Assembly (NCBI GenBank): GCA_965204375.1
Contig: OZ241986.1
Coordinates: 1,536,001-1,600,000, forward strand
Length of the DNA: 64,000 bases
DNA from: Candidatus Latescibacterota bacterium
Lineage (GTDB): Bacteria; Latescibacterota; UBA2968
Direction of reading: 5' to 3'
The position numbers and the translations under genes were made by a program. The notes under the pieces were generated by a model, which searched no databases, was not told where the DNA came from, and saw only the letters and a list, made by a program, of their open reading frames with translations. Shown in pieces: positions 26,658-35,283 of the stretch (positions are counted from its first letter, which is position 1; every line of letters begins with the position of its first letter).

Positions 26658-29054
26658 ATGGCATATCAATTGATTGGCAAGGATTTTACGCCGCCAGATG
26701 TGGCGGCAAAGGTTACGGGTAAGGCAAAATACGCCGAGGATTTTCGCGCTGAGGGCATGGTGTTTTGTCGCTTGCTTTTGAGTACAATGCCCCATGCGCG
26801 CGTTCGCAACATCGATATGTCTGAAGCGATGATGATGGAAGGCGTTTTGGGTATTTTGACGGCTGATGAGGTGCCCGAGCAAAGAGCGCCGAACAATCCC
26901 ATTTTGACAAATAATCCCCATTATGTGGGGGATCCGATTCTGGCGGTTGCCGCGCTCGACGAGCAGACTGCACAGGATGCGATTGACAAAATTGCGATTG
27001 ATTATGAACCCCTGCCCTTTACGCTCGATCCCCTGGAGAGTCTTTATCCCGGTGGCACAAATGCCCGAGAAGAAGGCAATATTCGCAACCGGCGTTCGGG
27101 AAGCGAGACAATCAAATGGACTGCTGGAGATTTTGTCGATAAGGATGTGTGTCCAACGGGCAAACCCGCAACTGAGTGGTCTTATGGCGAGGTTGATCGG
27201 GGGTTTGAAAATGCAAAATTGATCGTGGATGAGAGCTTTGTCACGGCAAATAATCCGCATCATTCGATGGAACCCCGGTCATGCATGGCTTTATGGCAAA
27301 ACGGCAAGTGTTTCGTGTATGGTGCAACGCAAAGCCAGAGCCGTCCCACGCGCGACCTGGCCCGTCTCCTGGGGATGGATTCTGAAAATCTGGTTTATAT
27401 CGCGGAATACTGCGGAGGCGGTTTTGGTTCCAAAGGCACGGCGTATCCCGTGATGGCTATTCCGCCGCTTATGTCCAAAAAAGTCGGACGCCCCGTGATG
27501 ATGCGTATCAGTCGCGCGGAAGAGTATTTTATCGGGTCTGCGCGTCACGGCTTTCAGGGGCGAATAAAAATTGGTTTTCGCGACAATGGGCGGATCAGTG
27601 CGCTGGATATGTACATAATTCAGGAGAATGGCGCCTATCGCGGCGGTGGTGATTGGACCGCTGCTGGCGATGCGGTTTCGCTGGTTTATACACCCGAGGC
27701 GATGCGCTTTCGAGGAATTCCCGTATATACCAATACACCAATCAGGGGGGCACAGCGTGGTCCCGGACAAAATCAGATCGCCTGTGTGGTCGAGCCTTTG
27801 CTCGACAAGGCAGCCGAGGAATTGGGCATTGATCAACTGGCGATTCGGCGCACCAATGCACCCGATAACGATTCGAAATACGGGCGCAGACAAGGACCTG
27901 TTACGAGCGTTTATATGCGCGAGGCACTGGAGAAAGGCGGCAGAGCTTTTGATTGGGCAGGGAAAAAGCAAAAAAGCCGTCAGAAGAGTGGCTCAAAGGT
28001 TATTGGTGTGGGGATTGGACAGGCTTATCACTCGGCGGGTTCAAGTAAGTTTGATGGTCTGGTGCGCTTGACGCCAGAGGGCAAGTTGCACATTCATTCG
28101 GGCGTTGGCAATCTCGGCACGTTTTCGCACACTGCAACCTCTCTCGCAGCCGCCGAAGTGTTGACGTGTAAATGGGAAAATTGCGTGATTGAGCGGGGCG
28201 ATAGCCGCCGTCATTTGCCGTGGAACCACGCACAGTGGGGGAGCAATACCTCGTTTACGATGACGCGCACGAATTATGTTGCGGCTGTAGATGCGAAGAA
28301 CAAATTGCTGGAGATTGCGGCAAAGGACCTGGGTGGCTCTCCCGGTGATTACGATCTGGCTGATGAGCGTGTTGTGCATAGAACGGACAAATCTAAAAGT
28401 ATGGGATTTGCAGATGCTGCAAAACGCGCAATTGAACTGGGGGGCAAGTACGATGGACATGAAGCCCCTGAGGATATTCACGACATGACAAAAACCGCGG
28501 TTGCCGCGCTGGCGGGCACGGGTTTGATCGGTGTTGCGAAAGACAATCTGAAGCACGAGGGCGTTGTGCCGGCCATGGCTGTTGGATTTATCGAGATTGA
28601 ATTGGATACCGAAACCGGAAAGTACGAGATTTTGGATTACGTGGGAGTTGCAGAATGCGGTACGGTGCTACATCCACAGGGATTGGAGACGCAGATCAAA
28701 GGCGGAGCAGTTATGGGATTTGGTCTGGCTGCGCTGGAGCGATACGTATATGATCCGCAAAACGGCCTTCCCGCAAATATGGGACTTTATCAGTGCAAGC
28801 CGCCGTCTTATCTCGATGTTCCATCTGAGATGAAAACAGAGGTGGTCGATATCGCTGATCCTCAAAATCCAGTCGGTGCTAAGGGGATTGGTGAGCCTGT
28901 GCAAGGGTGTGCCGCTGCCGCACTTTTGTGCGCGATTTCAGATGCGCTGGGCGGGCATTATTTTAATCGCATGCCTGTGACGACTGATCATATTGTCAAT
29001 GCAGCCGCAGGACGCGAGCAGTCGTATAAGGCGCTGCAGGTGAATACGGTATGA
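26658..29054 (+). CDS. Xanthine dehydrogenase family molybdopterin-binding subunit
   Basis: KVTGKAKYAED, GGGFGSK, AQRGPG, GAKGIGE. Confidence 0.92.
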   Translation: MAYQLIGKDFTPPDVAAKVTGKAKYAEDFRAEGMVFCRLLLSTMPHARVRNIDMSEAMMMEGVLGILTADEVPEQRAPNNPILTNNPHYVGDPILAVAALDEQTAQDAIDKIAIDYEPLPFTLDPLESLYPGGTNAREEGNIRNRRSGSETIKWTAGDFVDKDVCPTGKPATEWSYGEVDRGFENAKLIVDESFVTANNPHHSMEPRSCMALWQNGKCFVYGATQSQSRPTRDLARLLGMDSENLVYIAEYCGGGFGSKGTAYPVMAIPPLMSKKVGRPVMMRISRAEEYFIGSARHGFQGRIKIGFRDNGRISALDMYIIQENGAYRGGGDWTAAGDAVSLVYTPEAMRFRGIPVYTNTPIRGAQRGPGQNQIACVVEPLLDKAAEELGIDQLAIRRTNAPDNDSKYGRRQGPVTSVYMREALEKGGRAFDWAGKKQKSRQKSGSKVIGVGIGQAYHSAGSSKFDGLVRLTPEGKLHIHSGVGNLGTFSHTATSLAAAEVLTCKWENCVIERGDSRRHLPWNHAQWGSNTSFTMTRTNYVAAVDAKNKLLEIAAKDLGGSPGDYDLADERVVHRTDKSKSMGFADAAKRAIELGGKYDGHEAPEDIHDMTKTAVAALAGTGLIGVAKDNLKHEGVVPAMAVGFIEIELDTETGKYEILDYVGVAECGTVLHPQGLETQIKGGAVMGFGLAALERYVYDPQNGLPANMGLYQCKPPSYLDVPSEMKTEVVDIADPQNPVGAKGIGEPVQGCAAAALLCAISDALGGHYFNRMPVTTDHIVNAAAGREQSYKALQVNTV

Positions 29055-29069
29055 GTAGGGGGAAATAAG

Positions 29070-30059
29070 ATGCTCAGAGATATGATGGCTAATTTTGAAT
29101 TGTACCAGCCCACGGCGATAGACCACGCGCTGAATTTAATGGATCGCTATGGCGATGATGGTTGGGTTCTGGCAGGCGGTCAGGATAGTTTTGACTGGTT
29201 TAAGGACCGCGCCAAGAAACCCCAAGCAGTTATCGATATTAATGGTATTGATGATTTGCATGGGATTCGCGAAACAGCCGATGGGGTTGAGATTGGTGCG
29301 CTGACCACGCTGACAGAGATTGAGACAAGTGCGCTGATTAAAGAGAAATACGGCGTGTTGGCCGATGCTGCACGGCATGTTGCAAGCCCGCAAATTCGCA
29401 ATGTGGGAACGATTGGGGGCAATGTCTGTCAGGATGCACGGTGCTGGTATTATCGGTATGGACTGGATTGTTATCGCGCGGGTGGAAATACGTGTTATGC
29501 CGATACGCCCGAGGGAATTGACCGCGAACATTGCCTTTTTGGGGCGGATCGGTGTATTGCCGTGTCGCCTTCAGATACCGCACCCGCACTTGTTGCCCTC
29601 GATGCGCGTATGGTGGTTGTAAATAGCGATGGGGAAAAAGAGGTGCAGGCAGAGGACTTTTTCATTGGTCCAGATGTGGATATTATGCGCATGACGATTT
29701 TGCAACCGGGTGATTTGCTCAAGTCGATTGTGATTCCCAACACCTGGGCAGGTGCACGTTTTTATTTTGAAAAGGTGGCCGAAAGGAACACCTGGGATTT
29801 CGCGCTGGTCAATATTGCCTCTGCGATGAAGGTGGATAACGACGCGATTGCCGATATCCGAATAGCATGCGGCAGTGTTGCCTGTGTGCCGCTGCGCTTG
29901 ACGGTTGTGGAAGAGGTGGTCAAGGGCAGTCCCCAAAATGGTGCGTCTGCCGATCTCGCTGCGAGTGCGGCAACCCGGGGCGCCACACCGCTGAATTACA
30001 ATGGGTTTAAAATTCCCCTTATGGAAAGTCTGGTCAAACGGGCAATACGAGAGAGTTGA
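29070..30059 (+). CDS. FAD-binding subunit (PaoB/YagS-like, with Cys-rich 4Fe-4S-type insertion)
   Basis: LAGGQD, ASPQIRNVGTIGGN, CWYYR...CY...C...C, SPSDTAPAL. Confidence 0.9.
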   Translation: MLRDMMANFELYQPTAIDHALNLMDRYGDDGWVLAGGQDSFDWFKDRAKKPQAVIDINGIDDLHGIRETADGVEIGALTTLTEIETSALIKEKYGVLADAARHVASPQIRNVGTIGGNVCQDARCWYYRYGLDCYRAGGNTCYADTPEGIDREHCLFGADRCIAVSPSDTAPALVALDARMVVVNSDGEKEVQAEDFFIGPDVDIMRMTILQPGDLLKSIVIPNTWAGARFYFEKVAERNTWDFALVNIASAMKVDNDAIADIRIACGSVACVPLRLTVVEEVVKGSPQNGASADLAASAATRGATPLNYNGFKIPLMESLVKRAIRES

Positions 30060-30214
30060 TGGATATTTTTCGATATACCAGCGATGCCTGGGGACAGCGG
30101 GTTTTAGAAGGTCTTTCGTGGGATTTGATCGGGTATTTTGTAGGTGCTGGCGTTGTGTTTATTGTTTTGCATGCGGGTTATATGCACTTTTTGGTGAAAA
30201 AAAACGGTCAATGA
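30059..30214 (+). CDS. 51-aa membrane peptide not in ORF track; probably the N-terminal part of, or a partner to, the cytochrome b subunit
   Basis: MDIFRYTSDAWGQRVLEGLSWDLIGYFVGAGVVFIVLHAGYMHFLVKKNGQ; TGATG overlap upstream and ATGA overlap downstream. Confidence 0.65.
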   Translation: MDIFRYTSDAWGQRVLEGLSWDLIGYFVGAGVVFIVLHAGYMHFLVKKNGQ

Positions 30215-30834
30215 ATGCTCTGCTGAGACATACGCTCGCTACCCGAATCAATCACTGGTTGATGGCTGCGTGTATGATTGCCCTGTTGTTGACTGGTTTT
30301 TTGCCAATTTTGGGAATCAAGTTTGCATGGGTGACGCTGCACTGGGTTTCTGGGGTGATTTTTACTGCTTCTGTTTTGTTTCACATTATTTACGCCCTGA
30401 CCCGACAAGACTGGCGGTCTATGTGGATTGCGCGAGGAGAATTTGCAGATGTTCTTTCCTCGCTGTCGGGTTCGATCAAGGCTTTGAAAGTGTCCCCCGG
30501 CAAATACTGGCTGATGCAAAAGGTTTATCACCATATCGTGGCGATTATGAGTCTGGTTGCTATTGTGACGGGTATTTTGATGTTGCTTAAAATTGATTCG
30601 CCTTTCTGGACGCGCGATCCTTATGTTTTTTCAGGCAAGAGCTGGGGGATTATTTATGTTTTGCACGATTTTTCGGGTCTGTGTTTTATTCCACTGATTA
30701 TGATGCATGTTTATTTTGCAATACGGCCGGAGAAACTTTTTTATACGCGCTCGATGATTAAAGGGTGGATTACAGACGAGGAATATCGCGCACATCACGA
30801 TCCAGAGAAGTGGGTTGTAAAAAGAAAGGGCTGA
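30211..30834 (+). CDS. Cytochrome b/b6-domain (FdnI-like) membrane subunit
   Basis: Likely start MNALLRH; RINHW, LHWVSG, PGKY..MQKVYH, LHD...MHVYFA heme-His pattern. Confidence 0.8.
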   Translation: MNALLRHTLATRINHWLMAACMIALLLTGFLPILGIKFAWVTLHWVSGVIFTASVLFHIIYALTRQDWRSMWIARGEFADVLSSLSGSIKALKVSPGKYWLMQKVYHHIVAIMSLVAIVTGILMLLKIDSPFWTRDPYVFSGKSWGIIYVLHDFSGLCFIPLIMMHVYFAIRPEKLFYTRSMIKGWITDEEYRAHHDPEKWVVKRKG

Positions 30835-30841
30835 TCAACGA

Positions 30842-31222
30842 ATGGCAGATGTTTTCTCAGAGTGGGCACAACATATTGAAGCGATAGAGTCGGGCTATGA
30901 ATTGATGCTGGCTTATGCCGCGCAGGGTATAGAAGGAGATGACGCGCCAGACTCTCAGATTCGACACGCGCTAAAAGAGATGAATAACGCACTCGATAAT
31001 CTGGGAGAATCTGCAGCACTTATCGCAAGAGAAAAGGGACTTGCGGATTATCGAGATTTTTTGGACGCAATGAATGCCGATGCGAAAAGAGCACAGGCGG
31101 GCATTCATCTCGTGCTGGGCAAGTCCGCCCTCAGTTCCCAGTTGATCGATAACTTAAATGCCTCTATCCATTTACGCGCACTGCTGACCGATTTGTTTTT
31201 GATTGATGAGGCTTTGAAATGA
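30842..31222 (+). CDS. Small all-helical hypothetical protein closing the oxidoreductase operon
   Basis: 7 bp after upstream stop; IEAIESGYELMLAYAAQG and SQLIDNLNASIHLRALLTDLFL amphipathic helices. Confidence 0.7.
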   Translation: MADVFSEWAQHIEAIESGYELMLAYAAQGIEGDDAPDSQIRHALKEMNNALDNLGESAALIAREKGLADYRDFLDAMNADAKRAQAGIHLVLGKSALSSQLIDNLNASIHLRALLTDLFLIDEALK

Positions 31223-31247
31223 GATTGTAGATTTTATGTTTTGTATC

Positions 31248-31280
31248 AAAAGGTCGTGAATATGACTCACGGCCTTTTTT
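31248..31280. terminator. Bidirectional rho-independent terminator
   Basis: AAAAGGTCGTGA...TCACGGCCTTTTTT between convergent genes. Confidence 0.8.
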
Positions 31281-31292
31281 GAGTATTACGTA

Positions 31293-32123
31293 TCAGGGAC
31301 ACTCGCCGCGTGTAAGTCTGCTCTGGATGTCGTCCAATACAGCCGGTACATCCCAGATACCATCGACGACATAGTGTGCGCCAGACTGATGCATGCGCTG
31401 ATATACAGCCTCGAGTTGTGTTTGCAGTACTTCGGGATCAAGGCGGTTGATTTCTTCTTCGTTTAGACCGATTTCATTTCCCGTTTTTGCAAGTCCAATA
31501 GTCCACATGCCTGCATTGAGACCTTCTTCGATGCCGGGGATCGTGTCATCGACTTTGACACAGGCTGAAAAGGGGTACACGCCCAGTTGCATGGCATTTT
31601 GCACACACATCCACGGTGCTGGACGGCCTTCGGGAACGTCGGTTGCACATACAGTTGCATCGGGTTCATAACCGCGCTTTTTGGCTTCTTCCTGCAAGAG
31701 TGCCATCATTTCACCTGTATATCCGGTGGTTGATCCTATTTTTAATCCGCGCTTGCGAAACTCGGCAACGGCTTCCAGTGTACCGGGAATCAAATCGGCG
31801 TATTCAGCCAGGCAACTCAGTTGAAGGGGCACAAATGCTTCAAACATCGCATCGATATCCGATTCCTGCGGCGGTCGATTGTAGGTCTCTTCCCAGCGCT
31901 GGTGTACAGATGCGATTTGAGATATCTTGCGGATGTGGACTTTTTTATGCGCTCCCATTGGCGCACGCGCCTCGGCCATGCTGATGGGTACTCGCATGCG
32001 TTCGTACACCTGGCGAAAGACCACAGCAGGCGCATAACATCCGTAATCCATTGTGGTTCCCGCCCAATCTAACAAAATGGCTTTTAGTTCACCGCGGTAT
32101 GTACGTCGAAAATTAAAATCCAT
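31293..32123 (-). CDS. phnX: Phosphonoacetaldehyde hydrolase (phosphonatase)
   Basis: DWAGTTMDYG, PMGAHKKVHI (Schiff-base Lys), GRPAPWM, VKVDDT, EGLNAGMW. Confidence 0.95.
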   Translation of the reverse strand: MDFNFRRTYRGELKAILLDWAGTTMDYGCYAPAVVFRQVYERMRVPISMAEARAPMGAHKKVHIRKISQIASVHQRWEETYNRPPQESDIDAMFEAFVPLQLSCLAEYADLIPGTLEAVAEFRKRGLKIGSTTGYTGEMMALLQEEAKKRGYEPDATVCATDVPEGRPAPWMCVQNAMQLGVYPFSACVKVDDTIPGIEEGLNAGMWTIGLAKTGNEIGLNEEEINRLDPEVLQTQLEAVYQRMHQSGAHYVVDGIWDVPAVLDDIQSRLTRGECP

Positions 32124-32166
32124 TTTCTGTCCTTTCTGATTTATTGGCAAAAAAGCGAATCGTCTT

Positions 32167-33303
32167 GTGGAACAGATTACCTACATGGCATCCGGAGCCA
32201 TTGAGACTGTCCAGTCTTTGTTAGATGACAGATCCGTGCGGTCTGTTTTTGTTGTGGCTGATCGCACAGCCTACGATGAATCCGGTGCCAAAATGCATAT
32301 AGAGTCCGCATTACAGGGGCGCGTCCAGGTCACCTTTGATGATTTTGCGCCCAATCCCAAATACGCCGATGTGATACGCGGTGTCAAGTTCTGGCACGCA
32401 CATCCATGTGATATGATGATTGCCATAGGTGGTGGGTCTGCAATTGATATGGCCAAGCTCGTTGGCATTTGCGGTACACATCGCGGGCAATACCGCGATC
32501 TTCTTACAGGAAATATACCGATTCGAGATAAAGTCGCACCGTTAATCGCCATACCCACCACAGCGGGTACGGGAAGTGAAGCGACGCATTTTGCTGTGGT
32601 TTATGTCGAGGAACAAAAATATTCCGTTGCACACGCCAATGTGTTGCCAGAATACGCAATTATCGATCCCAATCTGACAGACAATTTGCCACCTTCTATT
32701 ACCGCACATACTGGCCTGGACGCACTGTCACAGGCTGTTGAATCTTTGTGGAGTGTGAATGCAACCGCGCAATCGCGCGTTTTTGCAAGCGAAGCTCTCA
32801 CACTGGTGCTCGATAATCTCGTGGCCGCTGTTCACCGTCCCACGCCCGATGCGCGCGCCAATATGTGTCGCGCTGCCCATCTATCTGGTAAGGCGATCAA
32901 TATCAGCAAGACCACCGCACCTCACGCGATTTCCTATACGCTCACATCTCAATTTGGCGTGCCTCACGGTTTGGCTGTGGCTCTGACATTGGGTGCAGTT
33001 TTAATATACAACAATGGCGTAACCAGTGGTGATTGTTGGCATCCCAAAGGTGTTGCTCAAGTTCAGAAAGATATCAGAGAGATCAACAGGCTGATAGGGG
33101 TTGCGAGTTCTGAAGAAGCTCGAAAACACATTGACGATCTCATCAGCACCATTGGTTGCCCAACTCGTCTTCGACAGGTTGGCGTGGATACCGACGCAGA
33201 TCTGGAAACACTTGTGCAGAATGTCAATACGGAACGTCTAAAAAACAATCCGCGCGCCCTGTCGCAGTTTGAGTTAAGACGAATACTCAAAGAAATCCAT
33301 TAG
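32167..33303 (+). CDS. Iron-containing alcohol dehydrogenase, phosphonoacetaldehyde reductase (PhpC/FomC)-like
   Basis: NPKY, GGGSAIDMAK, PTTAGTGSEATHFAV, DALSQAVES, AINISKTTAPHAISY, PHG, RLKNNP. Confidence 0.85.
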   Translation: MEQITYMASGAIETVQSLLDDRSVRSVFVVADRTAYDESGAKMHIESALQGRVQVTFDDFAPNPKYADVIRGVKFWHAHPCDMMIAIGGGSAIDMAKLVGICGTHRGQYRDLLTGNIPIRDKVAPLIAIPTTAGTGSEATHFAVVYVEEQKYSVAHANVLPEYAIIDPNLTDNLPPSITAHTGLDALSQAVESLWSVNATAQSRVFASEALTLVLDNLVAAVHRPTPDARANMCRAAHLSGKAINISKTTAPHAISYTLTSQFGVPHGLAVALTLGAVLIYNNGVTSGDCWHPKGVAQVQKDIREINRLIGVASSEEARKHIDDLISTIGCPTRLRQVGVDTDADLETLVQNVNTERLKNNPRALSQFELRRILKEIH

Positions 33304-33310
33304 AGGTATT

Positions 33311-35269
33311 ATGGCAGAGGCTTTGAGAGAGATTGAGACAACACGCGATCATCAGATCCGGTCACCGATTTCGGTGTGGTCGCTGTCGATTGGTATTGTA
33401 TTGACGGTGCTGGCGACGAATGCGGGGTCTTACGCGCGATTTATTTTGCACGCGACTCGTCTGGATCAAAATCACCTGTCGATGGCGGCGGTCGTGCCTT
33501 TGATGGTGCTGGTGTTGTTTGCAAACCGATTCTTAAAGTTGAGCCGGGGTGAATTGATTGTCATTTTTGTGATGCCATTGATCGGTGCCACGATGCCGAC
33601 GTATTTTATCGGTAAGATGGTCGCCAATTTTACAGTGCCCCATTATCTGTCTTCGCCGGAAAACCAGTGGACGGTGTATTACGAGACGCTTTTGCCAGCG
33701 TGGACCGTGGTGCCGGGCGGCGAGGGTTTGCGGTGGTTTTTTGAAGGGTTGCCGCGCGGTGCGTCTATTCCGTGGACAATATGGCTGGTACCGGTTTTCT
33801 GGTGGATGACGGTGATTGTCGCCTATTATGGGTGCGCTTTGTGTTTGATGGTAATTTTGCGAAAGCAATGGGTGGAGAACGAGCGCATTGAATATCCTTT
33901 GATGGAGGTGCCACTGGCGGTGCTGGAAGAGCCTAAAGAGAAGGGCTTTTTTCGTATTCCGATCCTAAATCTACCGCTTTTCTGGATTGGTTTTGGATTG
34001 ACGTTTTTCTGGGTGCTGTGGAATGTGATCAATCATTTTAATCCTTCGTTCCCCCAGATCCCCTGGCGTTATCCCAATGTGGTGTTCGACCGGGCTTTCC
34101 CACCTATTTCGATGCGTATGTATCCAGTTGTGGCAGGATTTGCCTATTTTATCAAGCTGGATATTTTATTTAGTCTGTGGTTTTTTAACTTTTTTACCAC
34201 TATGGAAATGGGCCTTTTCAACCGATTGGGGTATAAGGAGGCCATTTTTGACGAATATTCTACAAATCCGCTTTCGATTGGGGCGCAATCGCACGGTGCA
34301 ATCATTGTGATTGTTCTCGTTGGATTCTGGATGGGCCGAGAACATTTGAAAAATGTGTTTCGCAAGACGTTTTACAATGATCCAGAAGTAGATGACTCGG
34401 GCGAGATTATGTCTTATCGCGCTGCCATGTTTGGATTGATTGGAAGTGCGATTTACCTTGCGGTGTGGCATTATAAGACGGGGATGGAGTTGAAGTTTAT
34501 CCCGCTGTTCCTCTTTGGCGTGCTGGTGATGTATTTGGGACAAACCCGTCTGATTGCAGAGGCAGGACTGATTTCTCTGCGTGCAGCGATGTGTCCGCAA
34601 ATTTTTTCATCGGTCATTCTGGGTATTGACTCCCTGGCACCGCGCACGCTTGTTTCTGTTGCTGTCTCCCACTCGTGGTGTAGCGATATCAAGACGACAA
34701 TTATGCCCGCGCTGGGGCATTCGACCAAGTTATTCGATACCATCCAGACGAATAGGCGGCGCTTGCTCTGGGTACTAATTTTGGCGATGGGTGTGGGCGT
34801 GTTTGCCACGTTTTTGTACACGATTTATATGGGCTATGTAAATGGTGCCGCCAATTACGGCGGGATTTTTACCGGTGAACTGGCGCGCTGGCCCTGGGAT
34901 GATCTGGTCAAGAAGTCAAAGGATCCATGGAGCAGAAATTGGGAGTTGATCGGTTTTTTGTCGGGCGGGGCGGCATTTACCTTGCTCCTGATGTTTGTGC
35001 GCTATCGCTTTCCCGGTTTTCCCTTTCACCCCATTGGATTTGCCGCCGGACCAGTGGGCCCCGTGCGATATGTCGTTCTTCCGATTTTTCTGGCGTGGTT
35101 TGCCAAATCTATTATTCTCAGAATTGGTGGCGCACAGGCGTATCGGACAGCGCGACCCTTTTTTATAGGTCTGATTCTCGGGCATTTTATGGGGGCAGGT
35201 ACTTCGTTTGTCATCGATATGATCTGGTTTCCCGGACAGGGACACAATATTCCATTTTCAGATTGGTAA
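33311..35269 (+). CDS. DUF6785/DUF6784-like multipass membrane protein, paralog of 18762-20741
   Basis: SPENQW, IPWTIWLVPVFWW, RKQWVENERIEYPL, FPFHPIGF, RPFFIGLILG. Confidence 0.75.
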   Translation: MAEALREIETTRDHQIRSPISVWSLSIGIVLTVLATNAGSYARFILHATRLDQNHLSMAAVVPLMVLVLFANRFLKLSRGELIVIFVMPLIGATMPTYFIGKMVANFTVPHYLSSPENQWTVYYETLLPAWTVVPGGEGLRWFFEGLPRGASIPWTIWLVPVFWWMTVIVAYYGCALCLMVILRKQWVENERIEYPLMEVPLAVLEEPKEKGFFRIPILNLPLFWIGFGLTFFWVLWNVINHFNPSFPQIPWRYPNVVFDRAFPPISMRMYPVVAGFAYFIKLDILFSLWFFNFFTTMEMGLFNRLGYKEAIFDEYSTNPLSIGAQSHGAIIVIVLVGFWMGREHLKNVFRKTFYNDPEVDDSGEIMSYRAAMFGLIGSAIYLAVWHYKTGMELKFIPLFLFGVLVMYLGQTRLIAEAGLISLRAAMCPQIFSSVILGIDSLAPRTLVSVAVSHSWCSDIKTTIMPALGHSTKLFDTIQTNRRRLLWVLILAMGVGVFATFLYTIYMGYVNGAANYGGIFTGELARWPWDDLVKKSKDPWSRNWELIGFLSGGAAFTLLLMFVRYRFPGFPFHPIGFAAGPVGPVRYVVLPIFLAWFAKSIILRIGGAQAYRTARPFFIGLILGHFMGAGTSFVIDMIWFPGQGHNIPFSDW

Positions 35270-35283
35270 CATTTATAGAACCC

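Noticed and set aside
30001-30210. N-terminal extension of the 277-aa track ORF
   Set aside because: Overlaps the FAD subunit; the plausible membrane peptide is in another frame (30059-30214)
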